Source of the DNA: a virus
Taxonomy: Duplodnaviria > Caudoviricetes
Virus record (IMG/VR): IMGVR_UViG_3300045015_000053
Length of the DNA: 64,000 nt
Direction: 5' to 3' (one strand)
Positions 26,954-36,280 of the stretch are shown piece by piece (position 1 is the first letter of the stretch; the number at the start of each line of letters is the position of its first letter). The position numbers were made by a program, and so were the translations under genes. The notes under the pieces were generated by a model. The model was not told the DNA's origin, did not search any database, and worked only from the letters and a program-made list of their open reading frames with translations.

Positions 26954-27661
26954 ATGCACACAACAAAAACACGTTTGAGACGTTGGTTGAAAGAAAGGTC
27001 GTCTTTTCTTGCTGCGATCAAGAGCAAGGGAGGCAAGTGTCAGAAATGTGGCGAAGACCACATTGCAGTTTTGGATTTTCATCATCGTGATGGTGACGAG
27101 AAAGAAGCACATGTTTCTTCGCTCGTTAGGAAGCCCAAACAAAAAGAAAAACTAGCTGCCGAATTGTTGAAATGCGATCTTTTGTGTTCAAATTGTCACC
27201 GCAAAGAGCATTTTGACAAATCAAAGTGGGATGCTCACGCCGAGGAAATTGAGCGTAGAGCAACTGGTTGGAAGCCAAAACGCGATCCGGTTTGCAAACG
27301 TGTATCCAAAGATGAGATTTCAAGTATTCGTCTTTGGATTGGCGAAGGATTGTCTTTTGAAAAGATGGCTAACCGTCTTGGTAGGAACCCAAGCGGGATG
27401 CGACGATCTGTCGTGAGACTTTACGAAAAAGGATTGCTCCCTGAATTTGCCTCTTATATTAGACCTAAAAGGGCAAAGAAGACGCGGGCCGATCAAAAAG
27501 AAGCAAAGCGTCTTTGGGAAGAGGGTCATACTGTTGCCGAGATAGCTTTGCTTCTCGGATGTGGCATTCGTGCAGTTTATTCTGCACTAAGGGGTATCAA
27601 AAATGGCGAACAAGAATCTCTTCAAGTCGAAGTCTCCTCTGGCGAACCTCAAGCCGTGTAA
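26954..27661 (+). CDS. HNH homing endonuclease with C-terminal HTH repeats
   Basis: KCQKCG...VLDFHHR...KCDLLCSNCHRKEH, then HTH-like segments; lower GC. Confidence 0.85.
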   Translation: MHTTKTRLRRWLKERSSFLAAIKSKGGKCQKCGEDHIAVLDFHHRDGDEKEAHVSSLVRKPKQKEKLAAELLKCDLLCSNCHRKEHFDKSKWDAHAEEIERRATGWKPKRDPVCKRVSKDEISSIRLWIGEGLSFEKMANRLGRNPSGMRRSVVRLYEKGLLPEFASYIRPKRAKKTRADQKEAKRLWEEGHTVAEIALLLGCGIRAVYSALRGIKNGEQESLQVEVSSGEPQAV

Positions 27662-29396
27662 TGCGGTGAATGAGGCTGGAGGAAAGGCGTATAAGCTGTC
27701 TGACCGTCAGGCTCTTAGCCAGTACGTCGCGACGGGCTGCTTCAACAGCACCTACTACGTCTCTGCGGAGACGCAACTACAGACCGTCCTCGAACTCGCC
27801 AACAAGGTCGAGCCGGGGTTCCTCGCGCGTGCGGCCCTGTACGGACACCAGAAGTCGTACATGAAGGACGTGCCGGCGTTGCTGGCGGCGGTACTCGCGT
27901 CCCGCGACGAGAAGACGCTGAAGAAGGTGTTCTCGAAGGTGATCGATTCGGGGAACATGCTGCGCAACTACGCACAGATGATCAAGAGCGGCGTGACCGG
28001 CCGCAAGTGCCTCGGTACGGCCAGCCGCAAGCTGGTCGGCAAGTGGTTCAGCGACCGCACCCCGGAGAACGTGTTCCACCAGAGCATCGGGAACGACCCG
28101 ACGTTGGGCGACGTGATCCGCATGGCGCACGCGAAGCCGGCGTCCCCGCAGCACGCGGCACTGTTCGCGTACCTGACCGGCGCAAAGGTCGAGACGGTCG
28201 AGGGGCGTAAGCTCCTGCGGACCCCGTACCTCGATGAGTCGAAGGTGCAGAAGTACCTCGAACACCCGTTCGACAACCTGCCGGAACTGGTGAAGCAGTT
28301 CGAGGCGTGGAAGGCTGACAACAGCCAGACGATGCCGAAGCTGAACTTCCGGTTCCTCGACGGCGCGGGCAAGCTCACTCTGGACCAGTGGAAGGAGATC
28401 GTTCGCAACGCGAACTGGCTGACCACGCTGAAGTCGCTTCAGTCGTGGGCGCGGCGCGGCGTCTTCGCCGACAAGGACATGACCAAGCTGGTTGCCGACC
28501 GGCTGCGTAACCCGGAACTGGTGAAGAAGGCCCGCGCCTTCCCGTACCAGATCATGATGGCGTACCTCGCGACGGACGCCCCGTCGCAGTACACCACCAA
28601 CTGGGGCCGCGCGTCCTCTTCGGAGGCAACGCCGGTGCCGCCGGAAGTCAAGAACGCACTTCAGGACGCGATGGAAGTCGCGACCCAGAACGTTCCGAAG
28701 ATGTCGGACGACGCGGTCTACGTCTGCCCGGACGTATCCGGCAGCATGTCGAGCGGTTCCGTCACGGGCAACCGTGGCACGGCAACCTCCCGCGTGCGGC
28801 CAATCGACGTGGCGGCACTGATGGCGGCGTGCGCCCTGCGTACCAACCCGAACGGCGAGGTGATCCCGTTCGAGGGGGCGGTGGTAGACGTGAACCGCAT
28901 CCGGCTCAACAGCCGGGACAGCGTCATGACGAACGCCGAGAAGCTGTCCAAGATCGGCGGCGGCAGCACGAACTGTGCCGCTCCCCTGCACCTTCTGAAC
29001 CAGCGGAAGGCGAAGGGCAAGGTCGTCATGTACATCTCCGACTACGAGTCGTGGGTGGACACCGGAACCGCCGCTCGCTACGGCAGCGGGGCTGCGGACA
29101 TGCTCGCGGAGTGGGAGATCTTCAAGAAGCGGAACCCGGACGCGAAGCTGATCTGCATGGACATGACCCCGCGTACCACCGCGCAGGTCACGACCCGGAA
29201 GGACATCCTTCAGGTCGGCGGGTTCAGCGACAACGTGTTCAACGTGGTGGACTCGTTCCTCCGTGCGAACGACAGCGAGGACTACTGGGTCAAGCTGATC
29301 GAAAGCATCGACCTCGACGCGCCGGTTGACACCCGGCCGGCGAAGGCCGAGGCGTCGGAAGAAGACGTTCCGTTAGCCGAAGCCGTGGAGGAATAA
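27603..29396 (+). CDS. TROVE-domain Ro60/Rsr-like RNA-binding protein with vWA domain
   Basis: NEAGGKAY...LSQYVATGCFNSTYY...YMKDVP...FPYQIMMAY...CPDVSGSM...ISDYESW. Confidence 0.92.
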   Translation: MANKNLFKSKSPLANLKPCNAVNEAGGKAYKLSDRQALSQYVATGCFNSTYYVSAETQLQTVLELANKVEPGFLARAALYGHQKSYMKDVPALLAAVLASRDEKTLKKVFSKVIDSGNMLRNYAQMIKSGVTGRKCLGTASRKLVGKWFSDRTPENVFHQSIGNDPTLGDVIRMAHAKPASPQHAALFAYLTGAKVETVEGRKLLRTPYLDESKVQKYLEHPFDNLPELVKQFEAWKADNSQTMPKLNFRFLDGAGKLTLDQWKEIVRNANWLTTLKSLQSWARRGVFADKDMTKLVADRLRNPELVKKARAFPYQIMMAYLATDAPSQYTTNWGRASSSEATPVPPEVKNALQDAMEVATQNVPKMSDDAVYVCPDVSGSMSSGSVTGNRGTATSRVRPIDVAALMAACALRTNPNGEVIPFEGAVVDVNRIRLNSRDSVMTNAEKLSKIGGGSTNCAAPLHLLNQRKAKGKVVMYISDYESWVDTGTAARYGSGAADMLAEWEIFKKRNPDAKLICMDMTPRTTAQVTTRKDILQVGGFSDNVFNVVDSFLRANDSEDYWVKLIESIDLDAPVDTRPAKAEASEEDVPLAEAVEE

Positions 29397-29413
29397 CCGT
29401 CTAAACAACGGAC

Positions 29414-29446
29414 AGACCGGCGGGATGGCCCGCCGGTCTTTTTGTT
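29414..29446 (+). terminator. intrinsic terminator
   Basis: GACCGGCGGG-ATGG-CCCGCCGGTC-TTTTT. Confidence 0.8.
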
Positions 29447-29667
29447 TACCGATGGCCCCAACCGTACCCTGAGATGCAGTGAGTGCCACGTTGGACGGTG
29501 TATAACCGCCCGCTGTGTTCGCCGACGACTTTGAATGTGCCATCCTCGAACGACCCGTCTTCTTCGTTCGGACCCTGGACCCGGATGCACCACTCGCCCG
29601 TTCCGTTTACTTGCAGACGTTCTCCTCCACTGACGTTTTCGATTACCGTGTCGTAGATGCAGGCCAT
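29446..29667 (-). CDS. hypothetical protein
   Basis: 73-aa ORF converging on the terminator. Confidence 0.4.
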   Translation of the reverse strand: MACIYDTVIENVSGGERLQVNGTGEWCIRVQGPNEEDGSFEDGTFKVVGEHSGRLYTVQRGTHCISGYGWGHR

Positions 29668-29775
29668 GATCTGTCTCCGTTAGTGGCGGGCGAAATGCCA
29701 GCCTACAAGATAAACGATTGGCCGTTACAAGAAAATGGCGGGTATAATCTCGACTATACTTAGTAGGGGGTCGTC

Positions 29776-30042
29776 ATGTGGGACGAAGACACCGCTGAGT
29801 CTGACAATGTTTACAACCAGCCGCTTTTCAATCCGTACTTGAAACAGCACGCTAAGGCTCGTATGGACTCTTACCGAAAAGAACTTGAGAGTTCCTATCG
29901 GGGTGCGGAGAACGGTTACTTCACGGAAGCGGAATTGAACAAACTGGCTTCTCAGATCGGTTCGGTGGCAACCGGACTTGACAACCAGCCCAAGAAAAAG
30001 AAACTGGTTATGCGCAATCTTGATGACGATTGGCAAGCCTAA
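29776..30042 (+). CDS. hypothetical protein ending RNLDDDWQA
   Basis: AGGGGG RBS. Confidence 0.6.
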   Translation: MWDEDTAESDNVYNQPLFNPYLKQHAKARMDSYRKELESSYRGAENGYFTEAELNKLASQIGSVATGLDNQPKKKKLVMRNLDDDWQA

Positions 30043-30054
30043 AGGGAGAATCAC

Positions 30055-30399
30055 ATGCCTGTCAAAACTCTGCCGCGAACGAAGCCGTCCGCTCCCGAAC
30101 ACGAGCCGGACGCAAAACGAAAACTCAAACACCAGCCGCCGTACAACGTGGTGCTGCTCAACGACGACGATCACTCGGTCGATTACGTCGTATTCATGAT
30201 GCAGAAGTTGTTCGGCAAGAAGCCCGAAGACGGCCTGCGTGTGGCCGAAGAGGTACACACGAAGGGTCGCGCCATTGTGCTGACGACGACCCTCGAACAC
30301 GCCGAGTTCAAACAGCAGCAGATCCATGAATTCGGCCCGGACCAGAAGGTGTCTCACTGCAAGGGAAGCATGAGTGCCGTGATCGAAGTAGCGGAGTGA
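30055..30399 (+). CDS. clpS: ATP-dependent Clp protease adaptor ClpS
   Basis: PPYNVVLLNDDDHSVDYVV...EVHTKGRAIV...EHAEFK. Confidence 0.9.
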   Translation: MPVKTLPRTKPSAPEHEPDAKRKLKHQPPYNVVLLNDDDHSVDYVVFMMQKLFGKKPEDGLRVAEEVHTKGRAIVLTTTLEHAEFKQQQIHEFGPDQKVSHCKGSMSAVIEVAE

Positions 30400-30400
30400 C

Positions 30401-31336
30401 ATGACCAACTTCTCGAACGTCCTATCGGTCTTTTACCGCATCAGCGACAGCCCGACCCCCGACAAGTGTTGCCCCAGAGAAGTCTGTTTCGTCAACTTCC
30501 TGAGCGTGTTCAGGGGGTTGCCGATCATGGTGGTGGCCGACAACGTCGGCCCTAAAACCTTGTCTCTCATCAAGCAGTCGGGCGTTCCCTTCATCGAAAC
30601 GTCTCTCGGCAACAGCGGCTCGTTCCTGAAGTGCCTCGAACTGGCAACTCAGGTCGATACGCTGTTCTCCTATTTCTCGGAAGACGATTACATCTACCGC
30701 GACCACGCCCCGCAGCTAATCGTGGAGGGTTTGCGGTGGAGCAACTACGTCACTTTGTACGACCACCCGGATAAGTACATCAAAGAACGCGGGTACGGGG
30801 AGGTCGGCCGGTGTTTGAAAACGGAAACGTGGCACTGGCGGCAGACGATCAGTACCTGTTGCACGTTCGGCGCGAACGTCAACTTGCTCCGTCAGGACAT
30901 GGACGTGTTCAAGAAGCACTGTCAGGGGAAGACGCCCGCCGACCACGCGATGTGGTGCGAGTTGTCTCAGCAGAAGCGGAGTCTGACGACCGCGATTCCG
31001 GGTGCGGCTTTCAACACGCACCGAGTTTGTGAACACAGTAACTTCGATTGGGGGAACACATGGGCGAGTGGCCAGATCAAAAAAGTTGTGGACGCGATGA
31101 ACCAGCAGGGGCGTTTCCAGCACCCGCCAGAATCAGTGACGTTCCAGCCTTTGGAACTGCAAAAAACTACATCGGGATTGCCGAACCTAGCGGCGTTGGG
31201 GAAAACGTCAACACCGCCGCAATTGCGGGGGCCGTCGCTGGCGATACCGGACCCGATGGCCCTCCACCAACAGAACATCAACAAGAAAAAGTACACGTTG
31301 CAAGAAGGGGAGCTTGGGGTTTTCACGCCGATCTGA
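30401..31336 (+). CDS. glycosyltransferase family 2-like protein
   Basis: IMVVADN...YFSEDDYIY...YVTLYDHPDKY. Confidence 0.65.
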   Translation: MTNFSNVLSVFYRISDSPTPDKCCPREVCFVNFLSVFRGLPIMVVADNVGPKTLSLIKQSGVPFIETSLGNSGSFLKCLELATQVDTLFSYFSEDDYIYRDHAPQLIVEGLRWSNYVTLYDHPDKYIKERGYGEVGRCLKTETWHWRQTISTCCTFGANVNLLRQDMDVFKKHCQGKTPADHAMWCELSQQKRSLTTAIPGAAFNTHRVCEHSNFDWGNTWASGQIKKVVDAMNQQGRFQHPPESVTFQPLELQKTTSGLPNLAALGKTSTPPQLRGPSLAIPDPMALHQQNINKKKYTLQEGELGVFTPI

Positions 31337-31546
31337 CGGGTTACCATCTCGAACAAATGCGAGCGGCCGTCGCCGAGATCGAAGACCCGATCAACGCGAT
31401 GTTTTTCAAGGCGCACCTTTCTGGGATGGAAAAGCTTGTTGAAGTAACTCGCCAGTGGTATGATGAACCCACGCCAGAGCTACACGACCGTATACAGACC
31501 CTGCGGCAGAACCTCACAGAAGGGCTGCAAGCACTGAGGAACTCAA

Positions 31547-31891
31547 ATGAGCCAGCAAGTGCGCACATTGCGAATTGACCAGAAGGAACGGGTCGAGACG
31601 GGTGCCGTCGAGTTCCAATACTCGGACGGCAACACCGACTGGCCCGGCATCTTCATTCGCGGCGACAACGCATTCGGACTCGCTCTTGGCATCCAGAGCG
31701 TCGTCGCCTTCTTCAAAGAGTACGAGAAGACCAAGCCCCTCCCCTTCGACCTGTTCATGGGTCTTCAACAGATCGCCGGCCTCGCCGACACCATCCACGG
31801 CGAGGTGATCGTCGGCGGCGCTTCCCCCGGCCTCGAACAAAAAATCAAAGACCAACAGATCGACCGAAAGATCGCCGAGGCAGGAGTTTGA
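31547..31891 (+). CDS. hypothetical protein
   Basis: GAGGA RBS; strong bias. Confidence 0.65.
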   Translation: MSQQVRTLRIDQKERVETGAVEFQYSDGNTDWPGIFIRGDNAFGLALGIQSVVAFFKEYEKTKPLPFDLFMGLQQIAGLADTIHGEVIVGGASPGLEQKIKDQQIDRKIAEAGV

Positions 31892-31993
31892 AAACAAGAT
31901 CAAGAAAAACATAGTCGAGACATTATGTCTTGATTACGCCTGCTGTATAATGAGTCGTTCTGGTTCAACCGATGACCACTCCGAGGGATCAAC

Positions 31994-32578
31994 ATGAAGA
32001 ATCTCACCTTTCTCAGATGGTGGGTAATCTACATCGCCTGCATGGTCGGGCTGGCGTTCGTGTGGAAAGCTGGTTTGGTCAGCAAGATTGCACAGAAAGA
32101 CGACACCTACGTTTCGTTCATCATCATGGCGGTTTTCATGGTGGTGTCCCCGCTGTGCGGTCTGAGTACGCGGGCGGTCTGTCGCGCACAGGACGGCGGC
32201 AACTGGGACGAGCAGTTCAAGAAAAAGGCCGAAGGCTGGAACGAGACTGGCTGGTTCTACAGCGAGTTGTGCCTGACGCTAGGCATGCTCGGTACGGTGA
32301 TCGGGTTCGTGTTGATGTTGGGCGGCTTCGAGCAGCTTGACATGAACAACGTCGCGAGCATGAACGCCTTCATCACTTCGTTCGGCCACGGCATGTCGAA
32401 GGCGTTGTACGCCACTTTGGTCGGCATCGTGTGCAGCATTCTTCTGAAGCTCCAATACTTCAACCTGACCAAAGCCATCGAGAAGAAGGCGAAGACCGAA
32501 GAACAGACCAGCTTCTCGTTGCGTATCTCGCCAGAGGCGATGAACAAGCTCGCCGGCAAAAAGGATGGTGCCAAGTGA
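31994..32578 (+). CDS. MotA/TolQ/ExbB proton-channel family protein
   Basis: LGMLGTVIGFVLML...GMSKALYATLVGIV. Confidence 0.85.
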   Translation: MKNLTFLRWWVIYIACMVGLAFVWKAGLVSKIAQKDDTYVSFIIMAVFMVVSPLCGLSTRAVCRAQDGGNWDEQFKKKAEGWNETGWFYSELCLTLGMLGTVIGFVLMLGGFEQLDMNNVASMNAFITSFGHGMSKALYATLVGIVCSILLKLQYFNLTKAIEKKAKTEEQTSFSLRISPEAMNKLAGKKDGAK

Positions 32579-33201
32579 GAAGCAAATACGCTACGCACTT
32601 CGCGTGGATCGACACGCTGATGAACATCCTGCTGGCCTTCATGGGGCTGTACGCGGTTGCGTTCATCATGACGGCGGTCAACAAGAAGCAGCAAGAGATG
32701 CAGGCGTCCGCGCCGATGAAGGGCGTGTTCCTGATCACCGCGACGTGGGAACCGGACCACGACGACGACGTTGACTTGTGGGTCGAAGACCCGGAAGGTC
32801 ATACGGTCGGCTACAACCGCCGCGAAGACGGTCTGATGCACCTCGACCGCGACGACCTCGGTTTTAGCAGCGACACTGTTGAGACACAGTTCGGGCCGGT
32901 CACCGTCAAGGACAACCGCGAACTCGTGACGATCCGTGGGATAACGCCCGGCGAGTTTACGGTCAACGTCCACATGTACCGCAAGACCGACCCCAAGCCG
33001 ACACACGTTCGTGTCACGCTCGAAAAACTCCAGCCGTACAGCATCGTCACGGCCAAAGAGGTGATCTTGACGGTCGCGGGGGACGAGGTTACTTCGTTCC
33101 GGTTCACGTTGAACTCGAAGGGTGAAGTGACCGAGATCAATCAACTGCAAAAGAAGTTCGCATCCAACGCCGCTCGCGGTCAGCCGCCGGGCCAACCTTA
33201 A
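32575..33201 (+). CDS. MotB/ExbD-like single-TM partner with periplasmic domain
   Basis: TM WIDTLMNILLAFMGLY with conserved Asp; DDVDLWVEDP domain. Confidence 0.6.
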   Translation: MRSKYATHFAWIDTLMNILLAFMGLYAVAFIMTAVNKKQQEMQASAPMKGVFLITATWEPDHDDDVDLWVEDPEGHTVGYNRREDGLMHLDRDDLGFSSDTVETQFGPVTVKDNRELVTIRGITPGEFTVNVHMYRKTDPKPTHVRVTLEKLQPYSIVTAKEVILTVAGDEVTSFRFTLNSKGEVTEINQLQKKFASNAARGQPPGQP

Positions 33202-33212
33202 CGGAGGTCGTC

Positions 33213-33869
33213 GTGGACAACAACGCTATCGGCATCCCTCTGGCGTTTTTCGCCATGATGGTCGTGCTGTGCTGGTGGGTCGTCGCCGCCAAAGGCTATT
33301 GGCTGATGAAGGTCTTGCTGGTCGCGTCCGCGCTGCTGGTGAGTCTGCTTCTGTGGAAGTCGGTCAGCAGTTTGGGCGGATGGGCGACCAACGAGAAACT
33401 CCCTGAGAAGTTCTTGGTTCACTGGGTCGTGATCCAAGAACCAGATCCGGGCGGCAAACACCCCGGTTACATCATGATCTGGGCCACCGAGCTTTCCGAC
33501 GACACGACCGTCAAGAAAGACGAGAGCAGGTTCAAGATCACCGCCGATCACCCCGGCGAACCTCGCGTCTACAAACTGCCCTACAGCCGGCCACTACACG
33601 ACCAGATGAACAAGGTTCAGGGTCGTCTCAAACAGGGCAAGCCGGTCGTCGGGAAACGCAGAGGCGTGGAAGACGGAGAAGATGGTGACGGCGACGGGGA
33701 TGAAGATGGGGACGGTGACGGGGATGGCAAGGGCGGTAAGGGCAAGGGTAAAGGAAAAGGCAAGGGCAAGGGCGGTACTGGTTCGGGCGGCGGGTTCTCG
33801 AAGCCCACCGAGTTCATGTTCTATGATCAGCCGCCGCCGAAGATGCCTGAGAAGATTCCGGGCAAGTGA
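33213..33869 (+). CDS. membrane protein with G/D and G/K low-complexity tail
   Basis: two TM helices; GDGDGDEDGDG and GKGKGKGKG tracts. Confidence 0.7.
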   Translation: MDNNAIGIPLAFFAMMVVLCWWVVAAKGYWLMKVLLVASALLVSLLLWKSVSSLGGWATNEKLPEKFLVHWVVIQEPDPGGKHPGYIMIWATELSDDTTVKKDESRFKITADHPGEPRVYKLPYSRPLHDQMNKVQGRLKQGKPVVGKRRGVEDGEDGDGDGDEDGDGDGDGKGGKGKGKGKGKGKGGTGSGGGFSKPTEFMFYDQPPPKMPEKIPGK

Positions 33870-33873
33870 AACA

Positions 33874-33902
33874 AAAACGCCGACCACATGGTCGGCGTTT
33901 TT
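33874..33902. terminator. intrinsic terminator
   Basis: AAAAACGCCGACC-ACAT-GGTCGGCGTTTTT. Confidence 0.8.
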
Positions 33903-33918
33903 GTTGCCTATATACGGT

Positions 33919-34644
33919 ATGAACTTTAGAGTATGGCTTGAGTCGCAATTGCCGTCGCCTTTGGACTCCTTCAGGAGCAAGGACGAGTTTATTGCGTTTT
34001 TGAAGAAGTCTTCGGCGGCGGATCGTCAGGGCATTCTGGATTGGGCCGAGAAGATCAATGCCGCCAACTACGCGAAGAAGGTGGGGACCAACAATCCCGC
34101 AGTCCTCTACCACGGCTCGCCTCAAGATAAGATCGCCAAAGACGGGTTCCAGATCACGATGGGCCAAAGAAGTTCCGGGTTCATGGGCGCGACGTACTCG
34201 GTCCAGAACCAGGGCATCTTCATGACGGACTCGAAGGAGATGGCGAACTACTTCGGGAGCAATCGGAGCGACGGCGGCAGGAACTTCCGCGTCTACACGG
34301 CCTATGCCAACCTAGATCACCTGTTTGATGTGACGCTCGGCATGCCGCTTCAGTACCGCAAACTCGGCCTCAAGCTCATCAACGACTACTACGGCAAGAA
34401 GAAGACGAAGTTGGCCGAGTCGGACATCTGGTGGTTATTGGACCGGCCGGATTTTGTGAACCTGATCAAGCAGGGCGGTTACAACGCCGTCAAGTTCAAA
34501 GAAGACTACTCGATCAGGAAACAGAGCAGCAAGGCGGCGTTCAGCTATCTTGTTTTCGACACAGCACATCTGGTGGTCAAGAGTCCCCAAAACGATTTGC
34601 TCAACAGCGTGGACTCCATTTGGGAGTACATCTCCGGTCATTAG
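33919..34644 (+). CDS. ADP-ribosyltransferase-like putative virion protein
   Basis: VLYHGS...GIFMTDSKEMANYFG...VYTAY (ART-like fold pattern); MNFRVWLES N-terminus; CTATATA upstream. Confidence 0.55.
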   Translation: MNFRVWLESQLPSPLDSFRSKDEFIAFLKKSSAADRQGILDWAEKINAANYAKKVGTNNPAVLYHGSPQDKIAKDGFQITMGQRSSGFMGATYSVQNQGIFMTDSKEMANYFGSNRSDGGRNFRVYTAYANLDHLFDVTLGMPLQYRKLGLKLINDYYGKKKTKLAESDIWWLLDRPDFVNLIKQGGYNAVKFKEDYSIRKQSSKAAFSYLVFDTAHLVVKSPQNDLLNSVDSIWEYISGH

Positions 34645-35096
34645 TTGGGGATCTTGCTCGCGCAAACCGACTTCTCAGTAGCCTTCCCTGCGAGGTGAGG
34701 GTCAACGGCTCTGGGCTTTTTGACCAGACAGTCTTTGGTCGGCTTGCCCGGAAGTGGTGAATCTTGTGGCTTCCGTACATCGCCCGGCGGCATCTTGTAG
34801 TGCGGCATTTTTGCCGGGCTTCCTTTTGCATGAGGCACGACCCATCCGGGCATGCCGTGTCCCTTCGGCTCTTGTACGTCACCGGACAGGTGATCGATGT
34901 TGAACGGCTTGCCTTCCCAGTACGCCGAGTATCTGTCGTCAATGCTGAGGTAGTACAAGGTGTCGGCCGCTGACGGCATCAGGTAAGCGGGAGGGTAGTT
35001 GCCGATGCCGTCGTATCCGAGCGGGTACAGGCCGGTTTTGGTTCCCGCGCGGCTGTTCTCGTTAACCAAGTCCAGAAATTGGTCAAAGTTCATCAT
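34641..35096 (-). CDS. hypothetical protein, putative late gene
   Basis: MMNFDQFLDLVNE; CTAAATA upstream on the minus strand. Confidence 0.65.
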   Translation of the reverse strand: MMNFDQFLDLVNENSRAGTKTGLYPLGYDGIGNYPPAYLMPSAADTLYYLSIDDRYSAYWEGKPFNIDHLSGDVQEPKGHGMPGWVVPHAKGSPAKMPHYKMPPGDVRKPQDSPLPGKPTKDCLVKKPRAVDPHLAGKATEKSVCASKIPN

Positions 35097-35179
35097 CGCT
35101 CTTATTTAGCCAGTTGACTGCGAAGAAAACGTGGATCGAAACGGGACTTCATGTTACAATAAGTCTCAAGGAGGCACCG

Positions 35180-35671
35180 ATGAAATACTACACCCCCGAA
35201 ATGGTCAACCGCTGGAACGGCGACAAGCTCGGTCTGAGACAGGCCGAGTTCGACGCCGAATGGGACAAGGCTCAGACCGAGTACGAGGAGCATTTCGCCA
35301 AGCTCAAGGATCTTCCGCTTTCCGTACAAAAACTGCACGACGGCGCGGTCCTTTATGGCGAGCGGCTGATCTCCCTTCCGAAGCCCGAAGGGTATCAACG
35401 CGGCGAAGACTTCGTGATCGTAACTGGCGACGAACGCGATGGTGTAAACCACATTTTGGTCTATACTGTCGAAAAGCCGCCGGTCGTGAGGGTTCACGAG
35501 GGGGTCGGGTTCGACCCCGCAACCACGCCCGGCGTCTGGCTTTACGACGAGTTCGGTGTCGATGCGGACGGTGCGTTCACGCACAATACGATCTTCACCA
35601 ACGGCATCGAAGTGGAAGTGACGTTCAAGTCGATGCACTGGATCGAGGCGGTCACACAGGAATCCGGGTGA
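35180..35671 (+). CDS. hypothetical protein
   Basis: AAGGAGG RBS. Confidence 0.7.
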   Translation: MKYYTPEMVNRWNGDKLGLRQAEFDAEWDKAQTEYEEHFAKLKDLPLSVQKLHDGAVLYGERLISLPKPEGYQRGEDFVIVTGDERDGVNHILVYTVEKPPVVRVHEGVGFDPATTPGVWLYDEFGVDADGAFTHNTIFTNGIEVEVTFKSMHWIEAVTQESG

Positions 35672-36036
35672 TGGAAACGAAACAGGTAATTCTGATTCGC
35701 CGCGACCTGAAAATGCGTCGGGGCAAAGAAATCGCGCAGGGGGGCCACGCTGCGTCGTCCTTCCTCGCCGAGATCGTCAGAACGGGCCGAGAGGTCACGC
35801 TCGCGGAACGGGCGTGGCTCGACGGGCTTTACAAGAAAGTCTGCTTGGTGGTCGAATCCGAAGCGGAACTCCGCGAACTACATGAGAAGGCACAGGCGGC
35901 GGGCCTGACCTCCCACATGATTTTGGATTCGGGTCTGACGGAGTTCGGCGGCGTGCCTACACCGACATCGTGCGCCATCGGGCCAGCCGAGGAAAGTGCG
36001 GTGAACGCGATCACCGGCCACCTGAAGCTTTACTGA
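35671..36036 (+). CDS. pth2: peptidyl-tRNA hydrolase type 2
   Basis: KQVILIRRDLKMRRGKEIAQGGHA...KKVCL...ILDSGLTEFGG...CAIGP. Confidence 0.92.
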   Translation: METKQVILIRRDLKMRRGKEIAQGGHAASSFLAEIVRTGREVTLAERAWLDGLYKKVCLVVESEAELRELHEKAQAAGLTSHMILDSGLTEFGGVPTPTSCAIGPAEESAVNAITGHLKLY

Positions 36037-36280
36037 CGTGGGGTGAAGATGCGTTCAGACGTTTTGGCAAAAAGTTGGGCATTGACGGTGTCCAACTTGT
36101 CTGTGGCCGCAACGGTTTTGTTGAGCATGGTGTTGACGGCGTCTGCTTGGGGTCTGATCGGGTTGATCGTGATCCCCGTAAATCTGCTGGTTTGGCAGTA
36201 CACGAGACGCGGCCTCATGCTCGTCGGGTGCGAGGACCACGAGATCGAAGTGTTGTTCCAAACCATAGGAGAGGAATCAG

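Noticed and set aside
27777-28991. Long minus-strand ORFs opposite TROVE, ClpX, PARP, FolD, Prs and ParB (e.g. 27777..28991, 52696..53898, 59427..60557, 49527..50405)
   Set aside because: They are antisense shadows of high-GC3 genes, with no motifs or RBS.
33670-33790. GACGGG/GGCAAG tandem repeats as a DNA repeat element
   Set aside because: They are explained by low-complexity GD/GK coding sequence.
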